NCBI GenBank assembly: GCA_964454415.1
Contig: CAYVYD010000001.1
Coordinates: 1 to 40,251, forward strand
Reading direction: 5' to 3'
Source of the DNA: an uncultured Hyphomicrobiaceae bacterium
GTDB lineage: Bacteria > Pseudomonadota > Alphaproteobacteria > Rhizobiales > Methyloligellaceae
Length of the DNA: 40,251 nucleotides
Positions within the stretch are counted from its first letter, which is position 1. Each line of letters begins with the position of its first letter. The translations under genes were made by a program, and so were the position numbers. Under the pieces are notes generated by a model. It was not told the DNA's origin, searched no databases, and worked only from the letters and a program-made list of their open reading frames with translations. Positions 1-7,676 of the stretch are shown here, one piece after another.

Positions 1-51
1 TCCGAACCCTCGAAACCAAACAGAATTGCGCGCTATTTATGAGTCCTCAAC

Positions 52-750
52 CTAGCCCGCGCCGATGATGTCGATGCCGTCCTCGCCCGCGACGATGGCG
101 GTCTCCGCCATGCCGATGAAGAGGCCGTGCTCGACGACGCCCGGGATCGCCGCGAGCGCCGCCGCCAGGCCTTCGGGATCCTCGATCCGGCCGAAGGCGC
201 AGTCGATGATGTGGTTGCCGCCGTCGCTGACGAAATGGTTGCCGGGGCCCGCCTGGCGCAGGCCGACCTTGCCCGCGCAGCCCGCTTCCCTCGCTACCCG
301 TTCCACCAGCGCCAGCGTCGCGCGCAGCCCGAAGGGGGTCACTTCGACGGGCAGCGGAAAGCGCCCCAGGGTCTCGACCCGCTTGCTGGCGTCGGCGATC
401 ACCACCATGCGCTTGGAGGCGGCCGCTACGATCTTCTCGCGCAGCAACGCCCCGCCGCCGCCCTTGATCAGCCGCAGCTTTTCGTCGAGCTCGTCGGCGC
501 CGTCGACGGTGAGGTCGAGCTCCGGCGTTTCGTCCAGCGTCGTCAGCTTGACGCCGAGTGCTGTCGCCTGGGCCCGCGTCGCCTCGGAGGTCGGCACGCA
601 AAGGAGGTCGAGGCCGTCCGCCACGCGCTCCCCCACCAGATCGACGAATTTGGCCGCCGTCGAACCCGAGCCTAGTCCCAGCCGCATGCCGCCCTCGAGG
701 AGGTCGAGCGCGCGCCGGGCCGCGGCAAGCTTCTGCGCTTCAACGTCCAT
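52..750 (-). CDS. rpiA: ribose-5-phosphate isomerase A
   Basis: Full-length 232-aa ORF with RpiA-type motifs GLGSGST, DGADE and KGGGGAL. High GC3 in this frame. Confidence 0.9.
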   Translation of the reverse strand: MDVEAQKLAAARRALDLLEGGMRLGLGSGSTAAKFVDLVGERVADGLDLLCVPTSEATRAQATALGVKLTTLDETPELDLTVDGADELDEKLRLIKGGGGALLREKIVAAASKRMVVIADASKRVETLGRFPLPVEVTPFGLRATLALVERVAREAGCAGKVGLRQAGPGNHFVSDGGNHIIDCAFGRIEDPEGLAAALAAIPGVVEHGLFIGMAETAIVAGEDGIDIIGAG

Positions 751-837
751 TGGTCCCCCTAATGCTTTGAAACCGTGCGTGTTTTACACCGTTTCCGCGG
801 ACGGGCCAATGGCCGCCACGAGCGCCTGAACCGGCGC

Positions 838-2325
838 TCAGAGCCCGCCCATCAGCATGTATTTCATCTCCAGGAATTCCTCGATGCCGTGGTGCGATCC
901 CTCGCGGCCGAGGCCCGATTCCTTGATGCCGCCGAAGGGCGCGAGCGGCGTCGAGATCACGCCTTCGTTGATGCCGACGATGCCGGCCTCGAGCGCCTCG
1001 GCGACCCGCCAGACGCGGGAGATGTCGCGGGCGAAGAAATAGGCCGAGAGGCCGTAGGGCGTGTCGTTGGCGATGGCGATCGCCTCCTCCTCCGTCTTGA
1101 AGCGCTGCAGCGGCGCCATCGGCCCGAAGGTCTCCTCCTTGTTGAAGAGCATATCCCTCGTCACGTCGGCCAGCACCGTCGGCTCGTAGAAGGTGCCGCC
1201 CAATTGGTGCCGCTTGCCGCCGGTCAGTACCTTGGCGCCGCGCTCGACGGCGTCCTCGACATGCGCCTCGACCTTTTCGAGCGCCGCCTCGTTGATCAGC
1301 GGCCCTTGAGAGACGCCCTCTTGCGTCCCCTCGCCCACCTTCATCTCGGAGACCGCCTTGGTGAGCTTTTCGGCATAGGCGTCGTAGACGCTCTCCTGCA
1401 CCAGGATGCGGTTGGCGCAGACGCAGGTCTGGCCGGTGTTGCGGAACTTGGAGGCAATGGTGCCGGCGACCGCCTGGTCGAGGTCGGCGTCGTCGAACAC
1501 GATCAGCGGCGCGTTGCCGCCGAGCTCGAGCCCGACGCGCTTGATGGTCGAGGCCGACTGCTCCATCAGGAGCTTGCCCACCTCGGTCGAGCCGGTGAAG
1601 GTGATCATCTTCACCTTCGGGTTGGACGTGAGCTCGGCGCCGATCTCGCCCGACTTGCCGACGATGACGTTGAAGACCCCCTTGGGAATGCCGGCGCGGT
1701 CGGCGAGCTCCGCCAGCGCCAGCGCCGTCAGCGGCGTCTCGGAGGCGGGCTTGGAGACCACCGTGCAGCCCACCGCCAGCGCCGGCGCCACCTTGCGGGT
1801 GATCATCGCCATCGGGAAGTTCCACGGCGTGATCGCGCCGACCACGCCGATCGGCTGCTTGATGACGACGATGCGGGCGTCCTTGCGGTGGGTGGGGATG
1901 GTCTCGCCGTAGGCGCGCTTGCCCTCCTCGGCGAAGAGCTCGGTGAAGCCCGCCGCATATGCGACCTCGCCCTTGGCCTCGGCGAGCGGCTTGCCCTGCT
2001 CGCTGGTCATGATGAGTGCTAAGTCGTCGAGATGCTCCATCTGCAGCTCGTACCAGCGCCGCACCAGCTTGGACCGCTCGGCGGCGAGCATCTGGCTCCA
2101 GGAGACGAACGCCTTTTGCGCGGCGTCGATGGCCAGTTTCGTCTCCTTGGTGCCCAAGCGGGGCACCTCGACGATCGGCTCGCCGGTAGCGGGATTGGTG
2201 ACCGCGAGCTCCGGCTTACCCGTCCAGGCGCCGGCCACGTAGCACTGCGTCTTCAGCAGGCCCGGGTCCTTGAGATTGGGGATGGCGACGCGGCCGCCTT
2301 CTGCTCTCAGTTCGCTCACACTCAT
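838..2325 (-). CDS. gabD: NAD(P)-dependent succinate-semialdehyde dehydrogenase (aldehyde dehydrogenase family)
   Basis: ORF 838..2553 trimmed to the ATG at 2325 (MSVSELR...). Aldehyde dehydrogenase signatures LELGGNAP (catalytic Glu) and FRNTGQTCVCANR (catalytic Cys). The start overlaps the upstream stop as ATGA (2322-2325). The upstream 76 codons are Arg/Gly-rich and look non-coding. Confidence 0.85.
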   Translation of the reverse strand: MSVSELRAEGGRVAIPNLKDPGLLKTQCYVAGAWTGKPELAVTNPATGEPIVEVPRLGTKETKLAIDAAQKAFVSWSQMLAAERSKLVRRWYELQMEHLDDLALIMTSEQGKPLAEAKGEVAYAAGFTELFAEEGKRAYGETIPTHRKDARIVVIKQPIGVVGAITPWNFPMAMITRKVAPALAVGCTVVSKPASETPLTALALAELADRAGIPKGVFNVIVGKSGEIGAELTSNPKVKMITFTGSTEVGKLLMEQSASTIKRVGLELGGNAPLIVFDDADLDQAVAGTIASKFRNTGQTCVCANRILVQESVYDAYAEKLTKAVSEMKVGEGTQEGVSQGPLINEAALEKVEAHVEDAVERGAKVLTGGKRHQLGGTFYEPTVLADVTRDMLFNKEETFGPMAPLQRFKTEEEAIAIANDTPYGLSAYFFARDISRVWRVAEALEAGIVGINEGVISTPLAPFGGIKESGLGREGSHHGIEEFLEMKYMLMGGL

Positions 2326-2753
2326 CGATTTGGCTCCGTGCAGACGACCTGGCAGCCGTCTTTTTTCTTGATGTCGTAACAAAGGCTCGCCGAGCCGGTC
2401 CGCGGATTGACGCGGAACATCGCGCTCTCGTCCTCGAACTGCCCGGCCTTCAATCCGTAGGGGCCCGGCTCCTCCTGGACGCCGGCGCCCGGACCGCGGT
2501 TGGCGCATTTGAGCGCGCCCACTTCCTCGCCGTTGGCCTGCTCGAAGCGGCACATGCCGACCTCGCCGCTAAGCCGGTCGACCCGCCAGAGGACGCTCGT
2601 TTCCCCGATCTTCGATACCGCGAAATCGAAGGTGGCGTCCTGGGCACGCGCCGGGGCCGCGGTTAGCAGGCCGAACGCCAGAATTGCGAGCGCGCCCCGG
2701 GCCCAGGGCCTCGAGCCCCATAAGACGGCCGCACTGTCTCCCGCGATACGCAA
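2322..2753 (-). CDS. small secreted hypothetical protein (signal peptide ...LLTAAPARA/QD, four Cys)
   Basis: 143-aa ORF with an N-terminal hydrophobic h-region and an AxA cleavage-like site. It is translationally coupled to gabD. Only a TTG start is available at 2753, so the start is uncertain. Confidence 0.55.
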   Translation of the reverse strand: MRIAGDSAAVLWGSRPWARGALAILAFGLLTAAPARAQDATFDFAVSKIGETSVLWRVDRLSGEVGMCRFEQANGEEVGALKCANRGPGAGVQEEPGPYGLKAGQFEDESAMFRVNPRTGSASLCYDIKKKDGCQVVCTEPNR

Positions 2754-2867
2754 CGCAAAGCACCCCTCTTCGCCGCGCTCGCGGCCTCATGCCTCCATCA
2801 TCGGCGATCGGAGCCGCCTTCACAAGGTCGCTTGCGCTGGGCCCTTGGACTCTTAGGATGCGGCCCC

Positions 2868-3539
2868 ATGCAGAACCTCACCATCGTCTTCGACCTGGAC
2901 GGCACCCTCGTCGATACCGCGCCCGATTTGGTGGCAACCCTCAACCACGTGCTGGAGGGCGCCGGTCTGCCGCCGGTCGGAATCGAGGAGATCCGGCCAC
3001 ATATCGGCTTCGGCGCGCGGGCGATGCTCAACACCTGCCTGATCCGGGCGGGCGCGGCGGCGGGCGATAGCCGGCTCGACGCCCTCATGACCACCTATCT
3101 CATCCATTACCACGATAACATCGCCGTCAAGAGCCGCCCCTTTCCCGGCGCCGTCGAGGCGCTCGAGGACTTCCGCGCCCGGGGCGCGCGGCTCGCCGTC
3201 TGCACCAATAAATACGAGGGCCTCTCGAAGCACCTGCTCAAGGAGCTCGCCGTCGATCATCTGTTCGGCGCGGTCACCGGCGCCGACAGCTTCGAGGTGC
3301 GCAAGCCCAATCCCGAGCACCTGACGCGCACCATCGCGCTCGCCGGCGGCAGCCCGGCGCACGCCGTCATGGTCGGCGACAGCGAGACCGACATCAGGAC
3401 CGCCAGGGCCGCCAAGGTCCCCGTCGTCGGCGTCACCTTCGGTTATTCGGACAAGCCGATGGAAGGCCTCGGCGCCGACGCGCTGATCGGCCATTACCGC
3501 GAGCTTGGCTCGGCTATCCGCCGCCTGTTGAAGGGCTGA
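2868..3539 (+). CDS. gph: phosphoglycolate phosphatase (HAD-IA hydrolase)
   Basis: Start taken at the ATG at 2868 (MQNLTIVFDLDGTLVDT). HAD motifs are DLDGTL, CTNK and GDSETD. Length and layout are typical of Gph. Confidence 0.85.
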   Translation: MQNLTIVFDLDGTLVDTAPDLVATLNHVLEGAGLPPVGIEEIRPHIGFGARAMLNTCLIRAGAAAGDSRLDALMTTYLIHYHDNIAVKSRPFPGAVEALEDFRARGARLAVCTNKYEGLSKHLLKELAVDHLFGAVTGADSFEVRKPNPEHLTRTIALAGGSPAHAVMVGDSETDIRTARAAKVPVVGVTFGYSDKPMEGLGADALIGHYRELGSAIRRLLKG

Positions 3540-3543
3540 ACCC

Positions 3544-4665
3544 CTACTTCCCCGCGGCGACCTCCTCGAAGCGCCCGCCGCCCTTCCCGTCCCCGCGCCA
3601 GCGGTAGATGGAATAGGGCGGCAGGTCGACGTCGCCATTGGCGTTGAAGGTGAAGCGGCCGATGACGGTCTCCAGCGGCCCCTCCCGCAGCGCCGTCTCG
3701 ACCGGCTTGGTCTTGGTGGTTCCCGCGCGCGTGGCCGCCTGGGCCCAGGCCTGGATGGCGGCGTAGGTGTAGAGGATGTAGCCCGAGGGCTCGATGCCCT
3801 TGGCCCGGTAGCGCGCCACCAGCCCCGCCGCCTGCTCGTTCCGGCGCATGTCGGGCGCGAAGGAAAACAGCGTGCCGGCGCCCACCTCCCCGGTGATGCC
3901 CCAGAACTCGTCCAGCACCAGCGCGTCGCCGCCGATCAGTCGCGCGGCGAGCCCTTGGTCCCGCATCTGCCGCAGGATCAGTCCGGCCTCGCCGTGATAG
4001 CCGCCGACGAAGAGCGCGTCGATGCGCGCCTGCTTGAGCCTGGAGACCAGCGCGGTGAAGTCCTTCTCGCCCGCCCCATAGGCCTCGAACAGCACCGCCT
4101 CGAGCCCGTTCTTCGCCATCGCCCGGCGCGTCGCCTCGGCGAGCCCGCGGCCATAGGCCGACTTGTCGTGGATGACGGCGACCCGTTTGCCCGCGAAGGC
4201 CCGGGCGATGTGGCGCCCGAGCACGCCCCCTTGCTGGTCGTCGCGGCCGGCGACGCGGAAGATGACCGCACCCCCCTCGTCGGTGAGCTTGGGGTTGGTC
4301 GCCGTCGGCGTGATCATGATCACGCCCTCCTCCTCATAGACCTTGGAGGCGGCGATGGTGGCGTCCGAGCAGACGTGGCCGGCGACGGCGACCACGCCCG
4401 CGCTTGCCATCCGGTTGGCGACCGCCACGGCCTGCTTGGGGTCGCACTGATCGTCGCCGATTTCGAGCACCAGCTTCTCGCCCAGCACGCCGCCCTCGGC
4501 GTTGAGATCCTCCACCGCCTGGCGCGCGCCGGCGAGCATCTGCTCGCCCAGGCTGGCGAGCGGTCCCGTCACCGGGCCCACCGCGGCGATGTGGATGTCG
4601 GCGAGCACCGGGCGGCAGACGAGCGCGAGGCCGAGGGCTAGCGCGGAGAGGAGGCGCGCCCTCAT
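3544..4665 (-). CDS. branched-chain amino acid ABC transporter substrate-binding protein (LivK/LivJ-like, Peripla_BP_6)
   Basis: 373-aa ORF with a signal peptide (MRARLLSALALGLALVCRPVLA). The mature N-terminus IHIAAVGPVTGPLASLGEQ is typical of Leu/Ile/Val-binding proteins. Confidence 0.85.
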   Translation of the reverse strand: MRARLLSALALGLALVCRPVLADIHIAAVGPVTGPLASLGEQMLAGARQAVEDLNAEGGVLGEKLVLEIGDDQCDPKQAVAVANRMASAGVVAVAGHVCSDATIAASKVYEEEGVIMITPTATNPKLTDEGGAVIFRVAGRDDQQGGVLGRHIARAFAGKRVAVIHDKSAYGRGLAEATRRAMAKNGLEAVLFEAYGAGEKDFTALVSRLKQARIDALFVGGYHGEAGLILRQMRDQGLAARLIGGDALVLDEFWGITGEVGAGTLFSFAPDMRRNEQAAGLVARYRAKGIEPSGYILYTYAAIQAWAQAATRAGTTKTKPVETALREGPLETVIGRFTFNANGDVDLPPYSIYRWRGDGKGGGRFEEVAAGK

Positions 4666-4682
4666 GCGCTTGGGCCCCTCGC

Positions 4683-4712
4683 TTGACAGCGCCGAAAGGC
4701 CGACCCTATATC
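4683..4712 (+). promoter_or_regulatory. sigma70-like promoter upstream of tRNA-Val
   Basis: TTGACA at 4683-4688, a 17-nt spacer, then CTATAT/TATATC at 4706-4712. It sits about 40 nt upstream of the tRNA 5' end. Sequence match only. Confidence 0.4.
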
Positions 4713-4752
4713 GGCTGATCCCGCGTATCCCATGGGCCCAAAGGTCCTTATC

Positions 4753-4828
4753 GGGCGGTTAGCTCAGTTGGTAGAGCACTGTGTTCACATCGCAGGGGTC
4801 ACTGGTTCGAGTCCAGTACCGCCCACCA
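4753..4828 (+). tRNA. tRNA-Val (anticodon CAC)
   Basis: 76-nt cloverleaf folded by hand. Acceptor stem GGGCGGT/ACCGCCC, D arm GCTC-AGTTGGTA-GAGC, anticodon stem CTGTG/CGCAG with loop TTCACAT, and T arm ACTGG-TTCGAGT-CCAGT. Discriminator A and an encoded CCA are present. Confidence 0.95.
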
Positions 4829-4846
4829 TCCGCCTCCCCGCCTTGC

Positions 4847-4868
4847 GGCGCGGTCCATCGGCCGCGCC
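4847..4868. terminator. GC-rich hairpin between the tRNA-Val 3' end and the end of the minus-strand operon
   Basis: GGCGCGG (4847-4853) pairs with CCGCGCC (4862-4868) around an 8-nt loop. There is no flanking U-tract on either strand, so terminator function is speculative. Confidence 0.3.
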
Positions 4869-4871
4869 CGC

Positions 4872-5090
4872 TCAGGGCGGCATCTTCGCCAAGTCGAACA
4901 TGAGGGCGACGCGGAAGGAGAGCGCGATAACGATCCACAGCAGGAAAACGCCCCAGAAGATGGCGATGCCGTATTTATGGGCGAGCATCCGGTCGACCCA
5001 GGAGCGCTTCTCCTGACCCTCCAGCGGCGCGGGGGAAGCGGACTCTGACCGTCCCTCGCCCTTGGGCTTGACGTCGGGAACGCGCTTCAT
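4872..5090 (-). CDS. small membrane protein, hypothetical
   Basis: ORF 4872..5111, with the ATG at 5090 preferred (MKRVPDV...). It has a C-terminal hydrophobic segment (IAIFWGVFLLWIVIALSF) and high GC3. It lies 12-33 nt downstream of the ABC exporter stop on the same strand. Confidence 0.5.
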   Translation of the reverse strand: MKRVPDVKPKGEGRSESASPAPLEGQEKRSWVDRMLAHKYGIAIFWGVFLLWIVIALSFRVALMFDLAKMPP

Positions 5091-5123
5091 GGCTGGGAAG
5101 TTTGATCGCAATCCCGGCCGCGA

Positions 5124-6890
5124 TCAAGCCGGGGCTCGTCCCCGCGCCCGCTTCAATCGTCCCTCGCGCAGCTCGAACACCAGATCCGCGGCCTTGCGCG
5201 GCTGGTCGCGATGGGTCATCAGCAGCACCGTCGTCTTGCCTCGCAGCGCCTTCAAGGTGCCGAGGATCCTGGCCTCGGTTTCCTGGTCTAGCGCGCTCGT
5301 CGCCTCGTCCAGCAGCAACAGCCCGGGTCCGCGGGCAAGCGCGCGGGCGAGCGCGATGCGCTGGCGCTGACCGCCCGAAATCCCCTTGCCGCCCTCGCCG
5401 ACGACCCGCTCGTAGCCGCCCTCCATGGCGGCGATGAACTCATCCGCGCAGGCGAGCCGCGCCGCTTCCTCGACGGCGGCGGAATCCAGGGACTCGTCGC
5501 CGGCGCGGATGTTGTTGGCGATGGTGTCGTGGAACAGCAGGCTGTCCTGATCGACGTAGCCGATCGCCTTGCGCCAGGTCTCGGTCGGGATCTCGCGCAG
5601 GCTGCGTCCCCGCGCGATGATATCGCCCCCGTCGAGCTCGGTCAGGCCGAGGACGGCGTCGATCAGCGTCGTCTTGCCGGCGCCCGAGGGACCGGTGACC
5701 ACCGCGAAGGCGCCGGGCGGGATCTCGGCCGAGGCGCCCTCGATCACGGGCTCGCCGCCATAGCCGATCGCGACCTCGATCAGCTCGAGCCCGATCGGCC
5801 CGGTGAGCGCTTCGCCGGGCACCGGGCGGGTGTGCTCGCGCATCGCCGCCGTCTCCCGGGCGAGCTCCAGCGTCGAGGAGAAGGCGGGCAACAGGATGTT
5901 GAGCGAATGCAGCGCCTGTTGCAGCGTCGAGAGGCGCGGATAGAGTCTGGCGAACAGCGCCAGCACGACCAGCACCGCCGCCAGGTCGGGCGCCAGGGCG
6001 CCGGTTCCGAGGACGAGGGCCGAGATCAGGATGACCGGCGCGAACAGCTCGACGACCGCGCGCGAGAAGCCGGGATCGAAGATGTAATGGAAATAGCTCC
6101 GCTCGCGGCTCCGCGCCTCGGCCGCGAAGTCGCGGCGCGCCGCGCCTTCCAGGCCGAACACCTTCATCACCTTGATTCCGGCGACGTATTGGGTGATCAG
6201 CGCCGTCATCGACCCGTCCGCCTCGATCAGGTCCCGGCCCACCCTGTCGGCGTATTTGGCGAGCGGGCGCATGACGACGATCAGCACGAGCGCGGCCACG
6301 GCCAGGAACAGCGTGAGCCGCCACGAAATGACGAAGGCGAGCGCCGTATAGACGGCGATGAAGAACGCGGCACCCGTGAACACCATCAGATGGATGAAGG
6401 CGTTGGCCATCTTGTTGAGGATGTCGCCGGTCAGATTGTTGACCGCCTGGGCCATGGTGCGGTGCCGGAACAGCGCCCATTTGGCGGCGACGAGGCCGTC
6501 GAACTGCGCTTCGAGCCAAGCGCTGATATAGGCCGCCTGGCAACGGCCCGAGACGTATTGGGCCGCCAGGAAAATGGCGACCTGAAGGGCGACCGCCGCG
6601 ACGATCGCCACCGCCAGCACGGGAAGCGTCATGGGAAGACCGGCCCGGGCGGCGAGGCCTGCGACGAGCGCGGTCACCGGATCGCTGCCCGCCCCCTCGC
6701 CCCCCAGCCCGATCTCGCGCAGCAGCGGCAGCAGCAGCGCGACCGCCAGGCCCTCGAGCACGGCGGTGAGACCGGTGAGCGCGAACAGCGCGCCCGCCAG
6801 CCAGCCGAGCTTGGCGTAAATGTCGCGTATGAAGGAGACGATCAGCGGTCCGCCCGCCCTGTGGCCGCGGCGACTCCCGCCCGGCGGCAA
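5124..6890 (-). CDS. fused TMD-NBD ABC exporter (MsbA/PglK-like)
   Basis: The N-terminal ~330 aa form six-helix-type hydrophobic segments. The C-terminal NBD has Walker A GPSGAGKTT, signature ISGGQRQRIALARAL and Walker B LLLLDEATSALD. The start is a TTG at 6890 and is uncertain. Confidence 0.85.
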   Translation of the reverse strand: MPPGGSRRGHRAGGPLIVSFIRDIYAKLGWLAGALFALTGLTAVLEGLAVALLLPLLREIGLGGEGAGSDPVTALVAGLAARAGLPMTLPVLAVAIVAAVALQVAIFLAAQYVSGRCQAAYISAWLEAQFDGLVAAKWALFRHRTMAQAVNNLTGDILNKMANAFIHLMVFTGAAFFIAVYTALAFVISWRLTLFLAVAALVLIVVMRPLAKYADRVGRDLIEADGSMTALITQYVAGIKVMKVFGLEGAARRDFAAEARSRERSYFHYIFDPGFSRAVVELFAPVILISALVLGTGALAPDLAAVLVVLALFARLYPRLSTLQQALHSLNILLPAFSSTLELARETAAMREHTRPVPGEALTGPIGLELIEVAIGYGGEPVIEGASAEIPPGAFAVVTGPSGAGKTTLIDAVLGLTELDGGDIIARGRSLREIPTETWRKAIGYVDQDSLLFHDTIANNIRAGDESLDSAAVEEAARLACADEFIAAMEGGYERVVGEGGKGISGGQRQRIALARALARGPGLLLLDEATSALDQETEARILGTLKALRGKTTVLLMTHRDQPRKAADLVFELREGRLKRARGRAPA

Positions 6891-6947
6891 GGCCGCCGTT
6901 CATGGCGCAGCGAGGCGCTGCCCGCCTGCGGCCGGCCCACCGTCATC

Positions 6948-7676
6948 CTATCTGCCACGGCGCTGGCCGCCGCTCTGCCGCCGGACCAGCGAGGGCTCTT
7001 CCGCGTCGAACATCGGCGCCAGCTCGGAGGCATAGGGACGCAGCTCCTGGGCGATGATCCGCAGGCTCTTGCGGATCTCTTCCCTCCGCGCCGGCGTCAC
7101 GCGTTTGAGGGCCTCGGCGAATTCGACGATCGATTGGGAGGCCAGCCTGCTGACGTTTTCCGGCTTGGCGGCCTCCTTGAGCCGCGCCATTCCGAGATTG
7201 GCCGCGCGGATCCCGCTCAGCACCGGGATCATGGCCAAGGCGATCACCAGGATCACGACGACCGCAGCGATGCCTGCGAACCAGCTCCTCCCCGATGCCC
7301 GCCGGCGGTCCGCTTGGTCCTTCGGCAACGCCTCGGCCAGCGGCGCGCCCGGGGCTGCTTGTGGCACCGCGTCGGTCGGCGGCGCATCCGCCTTGTCCTG
7401 TTGGGCTGACTCGATCCCCTGTGCGGGCACTATCCGGTAGTCCGGCGCCGGGAACCCCGCCTCCGTCATCTTTTCCAGAACCGCCGATCTGAGCCTGATG
7501 AATTCGTTGTAGGCCTTGGTCAAATCGGCCTTGCTGACGGCAATTTCGAGCGCGGGATCGACGACGCTGTACAAGTTTCCGCGCTTCTCCACCTCGATCA
7601 ACACGGGAGGAATGCTGGATTCTTGCCGCTGCCTGCGCTTGGGCGCCGGCCTTTTCGCGTCCTTAGCAGCCCCCAT
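6948..7676 (-). CDS. hypothetical bitopic membrane protein
   Basis: 242-aa ORF with an ATG start, a basic N-terminus, a central TM segment (WFAGIAAVVVILVIALAMIPVL) and a helical C-terminal ~80 aa. It overlaps the upstream gene end by 14 nt. Confidence 0.6.
   Translation of the reverse strand: MGAAKDAKRPAPKRRQRQESSIPPVLIEVEKRGNLYSVVDPALEIAVSKADLTKAYNEFIRLRSAVLEKMTEAGFPAPDYRIVPAQGIESAQQDKADAPPTDAVPQAAPGAPLAEALPKDQADRRRASGRSWFAGIAAVVVILVIALAMIPVLSGIRAANLGMARLKEAAKPENVSRLASQSIVEFAEALKRVTPARREEIRKSLRIIAQELRPYASELAPMFDAEEPSLVRRQSGGQRRGR

Noticed and set aside
838-2553. N-terminal extensions offered by the ORF track. Examples are gabD to 2553, GT2 to 14033, SDR to 20910, gmhB-like to 23521, gmhA-like to 23877, E1 alpha from 23881 and gph from 2832.
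   Set aside because: The extensions are Arg-rich, overlap neighbouring genes, and precede internal ATG/GTG codons that give canonical family N-termini and typical stop/start coupling.
3539-3544. Expected rho-independent terminators at the convergent gene ends 3539/3544 and 29957/29970.
   Set aside because: The gaps are only 4 and 12 nt, with no room for a hairpin and no stem-loop plus U-tract visible. Nothing can be annotated.
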